From an uncultured Methylomirabilota bacterium (lineage in GTDB: Bacteria; Methylomirabilota; Methylomirabilia; Methylomirabilales; 2-02-FULL-66-22), in the NCBI GenBank assembly GCA_963705305.1, contig OY970067.1, positions 2,816,001 to 2,880,000 of the forward strand: 64,000 nt of DNA. The letters are read 5' to 3'. A program made the translations under genes and the position numbers. The notes beneath the pieces were generated by a model. That model did not search any database, was not told the DNA's origin, and worked only from the letters and a program-made list of their open reading frames with translations. Positions 33,037-41,516 of the stretch are shown here, piece by piece; position 1 is the first letter of the stretch, and every line of letters starts with the position of its first letter.

Positions 33037-33569
33037 CTTCGTCACCTCCTCTGGGGCCGTCGGCCCCTTCAGCCGGGCGTCTCTGGGGGGGGTGTCCCGG
33101 CCTCCCGGACAGCCGGGACATATCGGCAGGCCGCCCCCGCGATTCCACTGCTCAGCAGGGCTCCCGCCAAGATGTCAGAGGGAAAACGTGCCCCGGGAGA
33201 ATCCGCGACACCCCCCCCAGGACGGCCACGCCGAGAAAAACGGCCGCTTGCCGCGGGTCCCAGGCGGCCTTGGCGGCCTCTCGCCCCCCGCCGCTCCCCC
33301 TTCCCAGTACGCAGGGCGATTCACCGCCGTTTCGCAGGGGGGGCCGGGGCTCCCCCCGGGAGATAGAGAACGCGTATAATCGTGGACGCCGAAGGGGCCC
33401 GCCTGAAACAGGCCGGGGGAAGCGGGCGTACTGTGAGGGTACATGGGCTCTGGGAGGGCGGGGGAGCCCGGACGGACACGCCGCAGTGACGGCAAGCCAT
33501 GGACGGGCCCCGGACGTGGAAGGCGTGGTGGGCCAGAGCTGGGGAACGTCCGGTACCGGGAGGCAGGAC

Positions 33570-34733
33570 ATGTTCCGCAGCCAGCGGGAAGCCCGCAGGT
33601 CACATGGCACCTTCCCCCTGAGTCATCTCCTCCTGGTGGGTGCCCTGCTGGCCTGCGCCGGCGTGGCCCATGCCGAGGCTCCGAGCCGGGCCGCGGCAGG
33701 CGAGTGCACGGTCTCGCTCCCCGAGATCTACAACCGGGTGTCCCCCGCGGTGGTCCGGATTACCTCCTCGGCAATCAACCCGTACAACGTCGCCAATCGG
33801 GTGAGCCGGGCCATCGGGTCGGGGGTGATCATCGATCCCGGTGGCCTCGTCCTCACGAACGCCCACGTCGTCTTCGGCCGCCAGGCGATCACGGCGACCC
33901 TGGATGACGGCACCACCATCCCGGCCGAGGTGATCGGGAGCGACCCCCTCTTCGACATCGCCGTCCTCCGAATCCCGCAACCGGCCGCCGGCACCCTGCC
34001 GGTGGCGGTGGCCGGGAGCTCCGGCCGCCTGCGCGTGGGGGAGGAGGTGGTGGCGATCGGGAATCCGCTGGGCTTGGACCAGACCATGACGCACGGGGTG
34101 GTCTCGGCCATCAACCGGGTGCTGCCCGAGATGTCCCTTGTCGGGATGGAGCCGCTGATTCAAACGGACGCGCCGATCAACCCCGGGAACTCCGGCGGCC
34201 CCCTGGTGAACCGTTGCGGGGAGGTCGTGGGGCTCACGGCCGCCTTCCTCTCCGATGCCCAGAACATCGGCTTCGCCATTCCCATCGACCTCGTGAAGGG
34301 TGTCCTCCCGGCGCTGCTCACAACGGGGCGGATCATCCGCCCGTGGCTCGGGATCCAGGGACAACTGGTGGCGCCGGCCCTGAAAGCCCTCCTGCGCGTG
34401 CCCCTGGCGCCGGGATTCCTGGTCGAGGTTGTGGAGCCGGGGAGCCCCGCCGAGCAGGCCGGGATCCGGGGCGGGCAGCTGGATGTCATCATCGGCACTC
34501 AGGAGTTCCTCCTGGGCGGCGACATCATCACCCGGGTCAACGGGCAGCCGGTGGATACGCCCGAACGGCTCACGCACGTGCTGCACGGCTGGCAGGTGGG
34601 GGACACGCTTCACCTAGAGCTGGCGCGAGACGGCCAGCCCCTGGAGCTGACGCTGCTGCTCGTCGAGCGGCCGATTCTCCCCCAAGACATTCACCCCGAC
34701 GGCTCCATGGCGCGGACGTCACGCCGGCCGTGA
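33570..34733 (+). CDS. HtrA/Deg-family serine protease with one PDZ domain
   Basis: GSGVII, LTNAHVV, DIAVL, IQTDAPINPGNSGGPL, PDZ (GSPAEQAGI...GDII). Confidence 0.92.
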   Translation: MFRSQREARRSHGTFPLSHLLLVGALLACAGVAHAEAPSRAAAGECTVSLPEIYNRVSPAVVRITSSAINPYNVANRVSRAIGSGVIIDPGGLVLTNAHVVFGRQAITATLDDGTTIPAEVIGSDPLFDIAVLRIPQPAAGTLPVAVAGSSGRLRVGEEVVAIGNPLGLDQTMTHGVVSAINRVLPEMSLVGMEPLIQTDAPINPGNSGGPLVNRCGEVVGLTAAFLSDAQNIGFAIPIDLVKGVLPALLTTGRIIRPWLGIQGQLVAPALKALLRVPLAPGFLVEVVEPGSPAEQAGIRGGQLDVIIGTQEFLLGGDIITRVNGQPVDTPERLTHVLHGWQVGDTLHLELARDGQPLELTLLLVERPILPQDIHPDGSMARTSRRP

Positions 34734-34860
34734 GGAGGACGCGGCGGGGAGCGGCCTGGTGAACCGCTCACGCGGGAGCGCGGCGACGATTGATGGCGGC
34801 GCGCCGCGGGCTCGGGCAATCCGAGCTGGCGGGCGGGAGCGCCTTCGAGGAGGGTTGTGC

Positions 34861-35355
34861 ATGGCGGATCGAAGATCCTTGCGGGGGATTCTTCTGGCAG
34901 TGGGCCTGGTGGTCGGCGCCGGAGGGCTCGGCGCACCCGGGGCCGCCGCGGCTCAACCGGCGCCCGAAAAGCCGGTGATCTATAATTGGAGCCTGGAGCC
35001 GGGGGCCGTCTTGGATGAGATCATGCACCAGACCTATGACGCCGCCTTCCAGGTGGTGGACTTCACGGATCGCGATCACATCTACGTCCCGCCCCACCTG
35101 ACCGCAGAGACCGCACCCATCGCCCCCGTGGATGCCAGCGGCCGGCTGATCGAGGGGAAGGTGGTCGTGTTCTTCATTATCACGGCGGCCGGGCGGGTCG
35201 CGCACCCCGTCATTCTCAGGTCCAGCGACCCGCGCCTGAGCGCGGCGGTGCTGAAGGCGCTGGCGCACCGGGTGTATGAGCCTGCCTGGATCGATGGCCG
35301 AAATGTGGCCATGGCCACCGGGGAGGAGGTTGGCCTCCCTCCGTCGGAGTTATGA
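34861..35355 (+). CDS. secreted TonB C-terminal-like domain protein
   Basis: Signal peptide; EGKVVVFFIITAAGRV...ILRSSDPRL...YEPAWIDG. Confidence 0.65.
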   Translation: MADRRSLRGILLAVGLVVGAGGLGAPGAAAAQPAPEKPVIYNWSLEPGAVLDEIMHQTYDAAFQVVDFTDRDHIYVPPHLTAETAPIAPVDASGRLIEGKVVVFFIITAAGRVAHPVILRSSDPRLSAAVLKALAHRVYEPAWIDGRNVAMATGEEVGLPPSEL

Positions 35356-35546
35356 AACGGGCCGGTCCGGACGCCTCGCGGCAAGGAGGCCCGCCGGGGA
35401 AGCGGGGCTGAACTGAACGCTGGCCTACTGGCTATGGGGATTGTGTCGGACCCGCGGGGCCGTGGGAGGGGGTTTCTGAGTACAAACTACAGGGACAGCT
35501 GCTGGGAGGGACCGAGCGGGACACCCAGGCATCCAGCGCACATTCA

Positions 35547-35608
35547 GGGTGCCGGGGGAGGGACTCGCACCCTCGTGGGTCTCTCGGGCGGGCACTTCGA
35601 GCCACGCT
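35547..35608 (-). pseudogene. degenerate tRNA 3' fragment (tRNA-Leu-like), probable att remnant
   Basis: Minus strand GAGGG-TGCGAGT-CCCTC (T-arm with one loop change) then CCCCGGC-A-CC(C); about 80 bp downstream of the recombinase 3' end; no 5' half. Confidence 0.6.
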
Positions 35609-36458
35609 CATGCAGATCGGTCCGAGGTCACGGACGCCATTGTACGGGTCAAGCAGCGCCAGGAACTCAGCGGTCAAGAGAGAGTGGCTCACGAGCTTGC
35701 ACCAGTGCTGGACAGCCCTCCGGGACTTCCGGGGCGTCGGAGGGGCCAACTCGCACCAGTTCTCTTCTGTTGCGAGTTGTGGAGGAGCTGGGTGAGGGCA
35801 TTGGCCGCCCGCAGCTTGTCCTCCTTGGTGACCCTGGCGTCGATCGTGGTCGCCTTGATGCTCGCGTGCACCACTTACTCCTGGACGACCGCCAGGTCGT
35901 TCCCGCTGGCCCGGTCCAGGTGGGTGGCGTAGGTGTGCCGACAACTGTGAGTGGCGTACCGGGGATCCAGCCCCACGGCCGCCATGAGGCCTTTCACCAC
36001 CCGCCAGACCCCCTTCCGGGTGAGGGGCCCCCGCTGGCCGAGGAAGACCGGGGCCTCCTCGGACACATTCTCCCCAAGGTCCCGCTTCCAGGTCAGGAAG
36101 GCTTTCAGGTGCGTCTTGAGGTCCGGGGGGATGAAGACCTCCCGCTGCTTGTTCCCCTTGCCCTGGCGGACCGCCAGTGAGGCCTGGCCGTAGCCCAGGA
36201 GGCAGTCCCGGACTTGGGGGCCGGCCACCTCGGAGGCCCGGAGGCCGGAAGAGAGAAGGGGGTCGAGTGGCCGCAACACCATAGACGTCGTCACCTTTCA
36301 CCACGACGGCAGTCGTCACCGTCAGTGATCGTTCATCCGGTGGTTCCCTTTCTCGAGAGGCCCGCCTAGGTTCGGTCCAACTTACCTCCCGGTATCCATC
36401 CTGAGCGGAAGCCCGGCCCATCGGGTACGGTGTCGCCTTCCATCTGGGAGGTGAATCG

Positions 36459-36785
36459 ATGCCCCGAGCTCCGCGGCGCCGACGGTGCCCCTTCTGTCAG
36501 ACTCTCTTCCGTCCGCATCCCCGCCTGGGGCCGCGGCAATGGACCTGCGGGGCGCCCGCCTGTCAGCAGCAGCGGCATGCCGCCAGCTGTCGGGCTTGGC
36601 GCCGCCGGAACCGTGCCGTGACCCGCACGCACTACCGGGACTACGTGCACCCGGCCCGGGCGCGGGCCGCGCCCACGCCGGTCTCCCCGCGCCAGGTGGC
36701 GAGCTTCCTGCGCGGCGTGCTCCCTGCGATGCGAGACGCGATTATGGCGCAAGGGCAACCCCCATGCGGGGTTCGGGCCCCCTAG
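36459..36785 (+). CDS. small basic Cys-rich putative zinc-finger protein inside IS21
   Basis: Strong GGGAGGTG RBS; CPFC...CGAPAC...C; Arg-rich. Confidence 0.75.
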   Translation: MPRAPRRRRCPFCQTLFRPHPRLGPRQWTCGAPACQQQRHAASCRAWRRRNRAVTRTHYRDYVHPARARAAPTPVSPRQVASFLRGVLPAMRDAIMAQGQPPCGVRAP

Positions 36786-36956
36786 AATGCACCCCGGACG
36801 GCGCGAGACGCGATCTGGTCGGTTCGGGCTGGGTTCCCGCGGGGTTACACCCTCCTAACTGCATGAGGGCGCGAGACGCGATCTGGCGTCAAGCCCTGAT
36901 CCCACGGGCCCTTCGCCCCCGTTAGTGCGCCGCGGGAAGGTGATACGAGACGCGAT
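36732..36956 (+). repeat. array of four 11-bp direct repeats at ~70-bp period
   Basis: CGAGACGCGAT at 36732, 36804, 36872 and 36946 (spacing 72, 68, 74). Confidence 0.9.
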
Positions 36957-37009
36957 AGGCGGATCGGGAGTTCGGTGGTACACCCGGGGCATCCGGAAGG
37001 AGGTGCCCC

Positions 37010-38509
37010 ATGCTGGCCGCCGCGATTCAAGCCGAGATCCTCCGGCTCCGCTATGCCGAGCGCTGGGGCTACAGCCAGATCGCTCGCCACCTCGGCATCC
37101 ACCGGGAGAGCGCCCGGAAGGTGGCGCTGCGCCGGAGCGTGGCCTTGGTGCCCGCGCCGCCGGCGCCGCGGACCACGGTGGTCACGCCGTTCCGGGCCCG
37201 CATCCAGGCGCTGCTCACCGAGGACCCGGCGCGCTCGGCGGTGACGATCTTCCAGGTGCTCCGGCAGGAGGGCTACCGGGGCGGCAGCAGCGCGCTGCGG
37301 GGCGCCGTGCGCCGGCTGCGGCCGAGTGCCGCGCCAGCTGCCATGGCCACGCTCAGCTTCGGCCGCGGGGAGGCCGCCCAGGTGGACTGGGGCGAGTTCG
37401 GCGACGTCTTCGGGATCGGCCGGGCCGTCCATGCCTTCGTGCTCGTCCTGTGCTACTCCCGGCTCTTGACCGTCACCTTCACCTTCAGCCAGACCCTCGA
37501 GGCGTTCCTGCGGTGCCACGAGGCTGCCTTCGCCTTCGTGGGCGGCTGCCCAAAGGAGTGCTGGTACGACAACCTGGCGACGGCGGTGGCCGAGCGGCAC
37601 GGGAAGCTCGTCCGCTTCCACCCGCGCTTCCTGGCGTACGCCGGCCACCACCGCTTCCGGCCGGTGGCCTGCAACGTGGGCAAAGGGAACGAGAAGGGGC
37701 GGGTCGAGGACGCCATCAAGTACCTCCGGACGAACTTCTGGCCGGGGCGGACCTTCCGCGATCTCGCCGATCTGAACACGCAGGCCCAGGCGTGGCGGGA
37801 CACGATCGCGAACCAGCGCGAGCACCGCGTGACCCGGAAGATCCCCGCGCTCCTCGTCGCCGAGGAGCGGCCGGCCTTGCTCCCACTGGGGGAGCCGTAC
37901 GACACGGACGAGGTGCGGAGCGTGGTGGTGCCGCCGAGCTTCCGCGTGGCCTTCGACGGGAACCGGTACTCGGTCCCCTGGCGCTTGGTGGGGAAGCCGC
38001 TCACGCTGCGAGCGGATGCGGACACGGTGACCCTCTGGTATGGCACCCATCGCGTGGCGCGGCATGGCCGCTGCTGGCGGCGCGGGGTGGAGGTGGTGCT
38101 CCCGGCCCACGCCGACGGGCTCCTGGCCACCAAGCCCGGTGCGCAGGCCCACTGGCAGGTCGAGGCCGTGCAGGCGCTGGGGCCCGCGGCCCGGCAGTAC
38201 CTGGAACTCATCCGGGCGGGGACGCGCTCGCTCCGGACGGAGTTGGACCACCTGCTGCTCCTCACGACCCTCTATGGCCCGGCCGCGGTGGAAGCCGCGC
38301 TCGCCGCGTGCCTCGCCCAGGCCATCGTCGGGAGCCACCAGGTCGAGCAGTGGCTCCGGCTCCAGGACACGCCGCCCGTGGCGCCGCCCCCACTCACGCT
38401 CGGGGATCCCCGATTGAGCGTGCCGCCGGTGCGCCCCAACCTGCAGCGGTACGATGCCCTGCTCCTCGACGCCGATCCGGAGGACCATGATGGCAACCCC
38501 GACGCTTGA
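37010..38509 (+). CDS. istA: IS21 transposase IstA
   Basis: N-terminal HTH; DDE motifs AQVDWG, WYDN, KGRVE; FDGNRYSVP. Confidence 0.93.
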   Translation: MLAAAIQAEILRLRYAERWGYSQIARHLGIHRESARKVALRRSVALVPAPPAPRTTVVTPFRARIQALLTEDPARSAVTIFQVLRQEGYRGGSSALRGAVRRLRPSAAPAAMATLSFGRGEAAQVDWGEFGDVFGIGRAVHAFVLVLCYSRLLTVTFTFSQTLEAFLRCHEAAFAFVGGCPKECWYDNLATAVAERHGKLVRFHPRFLAYAGHHRFRPVACNVGKGNEKGRVEDAIKYLRTNFWPGRTFRDLADLNTQAQAWRDTIANQREHRVTRKIPALLVAEERPALLPLGEPYDTDEVRSVVVPPSFRVAFDGNRYSVPWRLVGKPLTLRADADTVTLWYGTHRVARHGRCWRRGVEVVLPAHADGLLATKPGAQAHWQVEAVQALGPAARQYLELIRAGTRSLRTELDHLLLLTTLYGPAAVEAALAACLAQAIVGSHQVEQWLRLQDTPPVAPPPLTLGDPRLSVPPVRPNLQRYDALLLDADPEDHDGNPDA

Positions 38510-39257
38510 GGAGAAGCTGACCCAGCTCCAGCTCATGAGTGCCCCCGCGTTCCTCGCCGCGTGGGGCGAGCGGCATCCCGCCGAACGCGCGGCAGTCCGC
38601 GCGGTGCTCGAGGGGCTCGTCGATCGGGAGCTCACGCGGCGGAGCGAGCAGAAGGTGGCGGCGCGGATCAGGGCCGCGCGCTTCGTCCAGCTGCAGACGG
38701 CAGACACGTTCAACTTCGAGTACAGCGTCGCCACCCGGAAGCTCCGGAGTCGCTACCTGAACCTCTTGGCCACCGACCTCGTGGTCGAGGGGATCGGGGC
38801 GCTGTTCGTCGGGGGGAGTGGCTTGGGGAAGACGCATCTCGCCCGGGCCTTGGGCTATGCCCAGTGCCAACGCGGGCAGAGCGTCCTGTTCACGTCGCTC
38901 GCCGCCATGGTGAACCACCTGAGCGCGGCGGAGGCGACGAAGACCTTGCACCGGGCGCTCAAGACGTACCAGAGCCCCGGGTTGCTGGAGATCGACGAGG
39001 TCGGGTACGTCAGCCTGCGCCAGCCGGAGAGCCACCTCGTGTTCCAGGTGATCTCCGTCCGGCATGACCGGCGGAAGCCAACGGTGGTCACCACGAATCG
39101 CACGTTTGGCGAGTGGAATCAGATCTTCGCCGACGACGCCGTGGCGCACGCCATCCTGGACCGGCTCGCGGAGCGGGCCGAGGTCTTCCACCTGGAAGGG
39201 ACGAGCTATCGCGAGACCCACCGCCGCCCCGCGCCGAAGGTCGCGACACCTTCGTAG
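38490..39257 (+). CDS. istB: IS21 helper AAA+ ATPase IstB
   Basis: Walker A GGSGLGKT, Walker B IDEVGY, TTN, AILDRL, GTSYR; overlaps the istA end. Confidence 0.93.
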   Translation: MATPTLEEKLTQLQLMSAPAFLAAWGERHPAERAAVRAVLEGLVDRELTRRSEQKVAARIRAARFVQLQTADTFNFEYSVATRKLRSRYLNLLATDLVVEGIGALFVGGSGLGKTHLARALGYAQCQRGQSVLFTSLAAMVNHLSAAEATKTLHRALKTYQSPGLLEIDEVGYVSLRQPESHLVFQVISVRHDRRKPTVVTTNRTFGEWNQIFADDAVAHAILDRLAERAEVFHLEGTSYRETHRRPAPKVATPS

Positions 39258-39877
39258 TCGGGGTCCGCTGCCCGCGTCTCCCTGCGACGGGCGTGTTGGC
39301 GCCTCAAATCTCCCGCGCCTGCGCACCCGTCTGCCTCGCGCCTCACAGTGCCGGGATCCATCGTGGCGCTGCCGGTGCCCTTCCCGCCGAAAAGCGACGA
39401 TCTCGATGGTGGCGCCTCCAGTCGAGCAGGCCCCAGGACCGGATCGGCCCTGTAGTGCCCTGCTGGCGGGCCTGGGTTGCCCGAGATTCGGCGAACCGGC
39501 GGAGGCGGGTCAGGTTCCTCCGCGGTCAGAGAACGGATCTCGTGCTGGACGGTAGGCATGAGCGCATCTCCTTGCATCGCAGCTGACCCGACCGCCGCCG
39601 GCCGCGCGCCAGGGTGAAGCTCATTCCCCGGGACCCCCGGAGCGGCTACATGCGCCACCCCGAGGCGATCGGGCGTCAGGCCAGAGTGTTCGCTGGGCGG
39701 CCTCGGGCAGAGCGGGCGGTCCGGAGGCGGTCTGCCGCCGCGCGCCGTTGCTCCACGGTCCCCGCCCGACCGGGCCCTGGCCGGCGCACTCGGATCGCGG
39801 GGAGGGGAACCACCCAGAAGGCCGAGGTCGCCTTCCCGTCGCGGCCCAGCGGCTCTCCTCTCCCGTTTTGCCTTCCA

Positions 39878-40112
39878 GTTGCGCGGGGACTGCGCCGCCG
39901 TTCATCAGGGTGCTAACCCCACTCCGGAAAAATCTCACCGCCACGTCGCCAAGAATGCCATGGTTGAAATGGACGGATCACCCAGGGACCGGACGGCGGC
40001 GAGTTCCCTGGGGGCGTCTCGGAGCACGGAGGAAAGCCAGCTGAACGACTTGCATCGAGGAGCCTTGGCGCCATGGTGGTTCAAGCGTTTCTATGGTGCA
40101 GGGCTCATTTTT
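39878..40112. repeat. right copy of ~235-bp direct repeat
   Basis: 79/80 core identity with 25201-25280; ends just before TTGACA (40117) upstream of lysA. Confidence 0.9.
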
Positions 40113-40212
40113 GATTTTGACAGGCCGGGTCACGTGTGATACCCATTCCCCGAATTGGCCGGCATTCACGCCGCCGTTCCCCTCTCCCCATCGGGAAGAA
40201 AGGCGTTGCGGG

Positions 40213-41472
40213 ATGCACGAGTTTCGTTTTCGCGGTGACGCATTGCATTGCGAGGGGGTCCCCGTCGCGAAGATCGCGGCGGAGGTCGGCACCCCGGCCT
40301 ACGTGTACAGCCATGCGACCCTGACCCGCCATTTCCGGGTGTTCGACGAGGCCTTCGCGTCGGTCCCCCACCTGGTCTGCTTTGCCTTGAAGGCCAACGC
40401 CAACCTGGCCGTCCTGCGGCTGTTCGCCGGATTGGGCGGTGGCCTGGACGTGGTGTCAGCCGGCGAGCTGTTCCGGGGGCTCCGGGCGGGGGTTCCGCCC
40501 CAGCGCATCGTCTATGCCGGCGTCGGCAAATCGCGGGACGAGATCGCCTACGCCCTGAAGTCCGACATCCTCATGTTCAACGTGGAGTCGGAGCAGGAAC
40601 TGCGCCTGATCCACGAGGTGGCCTCCGGCATGGGGAGCACGGCCCGGGTAGCGCTGCGGGTGAACCCCGACGTGGATCCCAAGACCCACCCCTACATCTC
40701 CACGGGCCTGCGCCAGAGCAAGTTCGGGATCGCCATCGACCAGGCGGCGGACCTGTACGAGGCGGCCCGCCGCCTCCGGTCCCTGGAGGTGGTGGGGATC
40801 CATCAGCACATCGGATCGCAGATCACCAGCGTGCGCCCCTTCGTGGATGCCCTGGAGAAGACGGCCTCGCTGGTGCGGAGGCTGCGCGATCGGGGGACGC
40901 ACATCCGCTACGTCGACGTGGGCGGCGGGCTGGGGATCACTTACAAGGACGAAGAGCCGCCGCTTCCCGGCGACCTTGCGCGAGGCCTGCTGGAGATCGT
41001 GCGGGATCTGGGCGCCACGCTCCTCCTCGAGCCGGGGCGGGTGCTGGTCGGCAACGCCGGGATCCTGGTCACGCGGGTCCTGTACACCAAGGAGACGCCG
41101 GCCAAGAACTTCCTGGTGGTGGACGCCGGGATGAACGACCTGGCCCGGCCGAGCCTCTACGGCTCGTACCACGCCATCCAGCCGGTGCAGCGGACGGCCG
41201 GCCGGCCCGAGGTGACGGTGGACGTCGTGGGACCCATCTGCGAGTCTGGGGATTTCCTGGCCAAGGAGCGCCGGCTGCCGGCCTGCGAGCCCGGGGAGCT
41301 CCTGGCGGTGATGTCGGCCGGGGCCTACGGCCACACCATGTCCTCCAACTACAACGCACGGCCGCGGGCACCGGAGATTCTGGTGCGCGGGGACCGGTAC
41401 TACGTCGTGCGCGAGCGGGAGACGCTCGATGATCTGATCCACGGGGAGCACACTCTGGACGAGCTGGCGTGA
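40213..41472 (+). CDS. lysA: diaminopimelate decarboxylase
   Basis: GTPAYVYS, FALKAN, HPYISTG...SKFG, HIGSQI, EPGR, GPICESGD, MSSNYN. Confidence 0.96.
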   Translation: MHEFRFRGDALHCEGVPVAKIAAEVGTPAYVYSHATLTRHFRVFDEAFASVPHLVCFALKANANLAVLRLFAGLGGGLDVVSAGELFRGLRAGVPPQRIVYAGVGKSRDEIAYALKSDILMFNVESEQELRLIHEVASGMGSTARVALRVNPDVDPKTHPYISTGLRQSKFGIAIDQAADLYEAARRLRSLEVVGIHQHIGSQITSVRPFVDALEKTASLVRRLRDRGTHIRYVDVGGGLGITYKDEEPPLPGDLARGLLEIVRDLGATLLLEPGRVLVGNAGILVTRVLYTKETPAKNFLVVDAGMNDLARPSLYGSYHAIQPVQRTAGRPEVTVDVVGPICESGDFLAKERRLPACEPGELLAVMSAGAYGHTMSSNYNARPRAPEILVRGDRYYVVRERETLDDLIHGEHTLDELA

Positions 41473-41516
41473 GAGGCCGGCGGGCAGCCCACGTAAAGGC
41501 GGGGGGAGGTAGGGCC

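Larger units (their letters stand above)
36268..39420 (+). mobile_element. IS21-family element (3153 bp) with passenger gene and repeat array
   Basis: TG...CA ends; terminal 30 bp match 21/30 as inverted repeats; 6-bp TSD GTCGAG (36262-36267 / 39421-39426); two subterminal GTCGTCACC copies; istA + istB. Confidence 0.9.
35689..39559 (-). pseudogene. short tyrosine recombinase pseudogene split by IS21
   Basis: 5' part 39421-39559 (MPTVQHEIRSLTAEE/LTRLRRF...WGLLD) joins 3' part (PLLSSGLRASEV...GKGNKQR...HSCRHTYATH...VQE*VVHASIKATTID); extra base, TAA, and catalytic Tyr replaced by Asp. Confidence 0.85.

Noticed and set aside
25500..35400. Integron cassette array
   Set aside because: No recurring attC-like sites between genes, mixed orientations, and the recombinase lacks an IntI-type insertion.
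36732..36956. CRISPR array
   Set aside because: The repeat is only 11 bp (19 bp for two copies), spacers are about 60 nt and partly similar to each other, and there are no cas genes; kept as a non-CRISPR array.
39330..39347. IS21 right end at ...CCTCACA (39347)
   Set aside because: The end at 39420 matches the left end better, yields the 6-bp TSD and restores the recombinase frame.
39878..39957. Hammerhead ribozyme or tRNA in the boundary repeat (CTGATGA on the minus strand)
   Set aside because: No stem II-GAAA arrangement, the other copy reads CTTATGA, and no cloverleaf forms.
40113..40212. Lysine riboswitch upstream of lysA
   Set aside because: The space after the candidate promoter is too short and no conserved aptamer motifs are visible.
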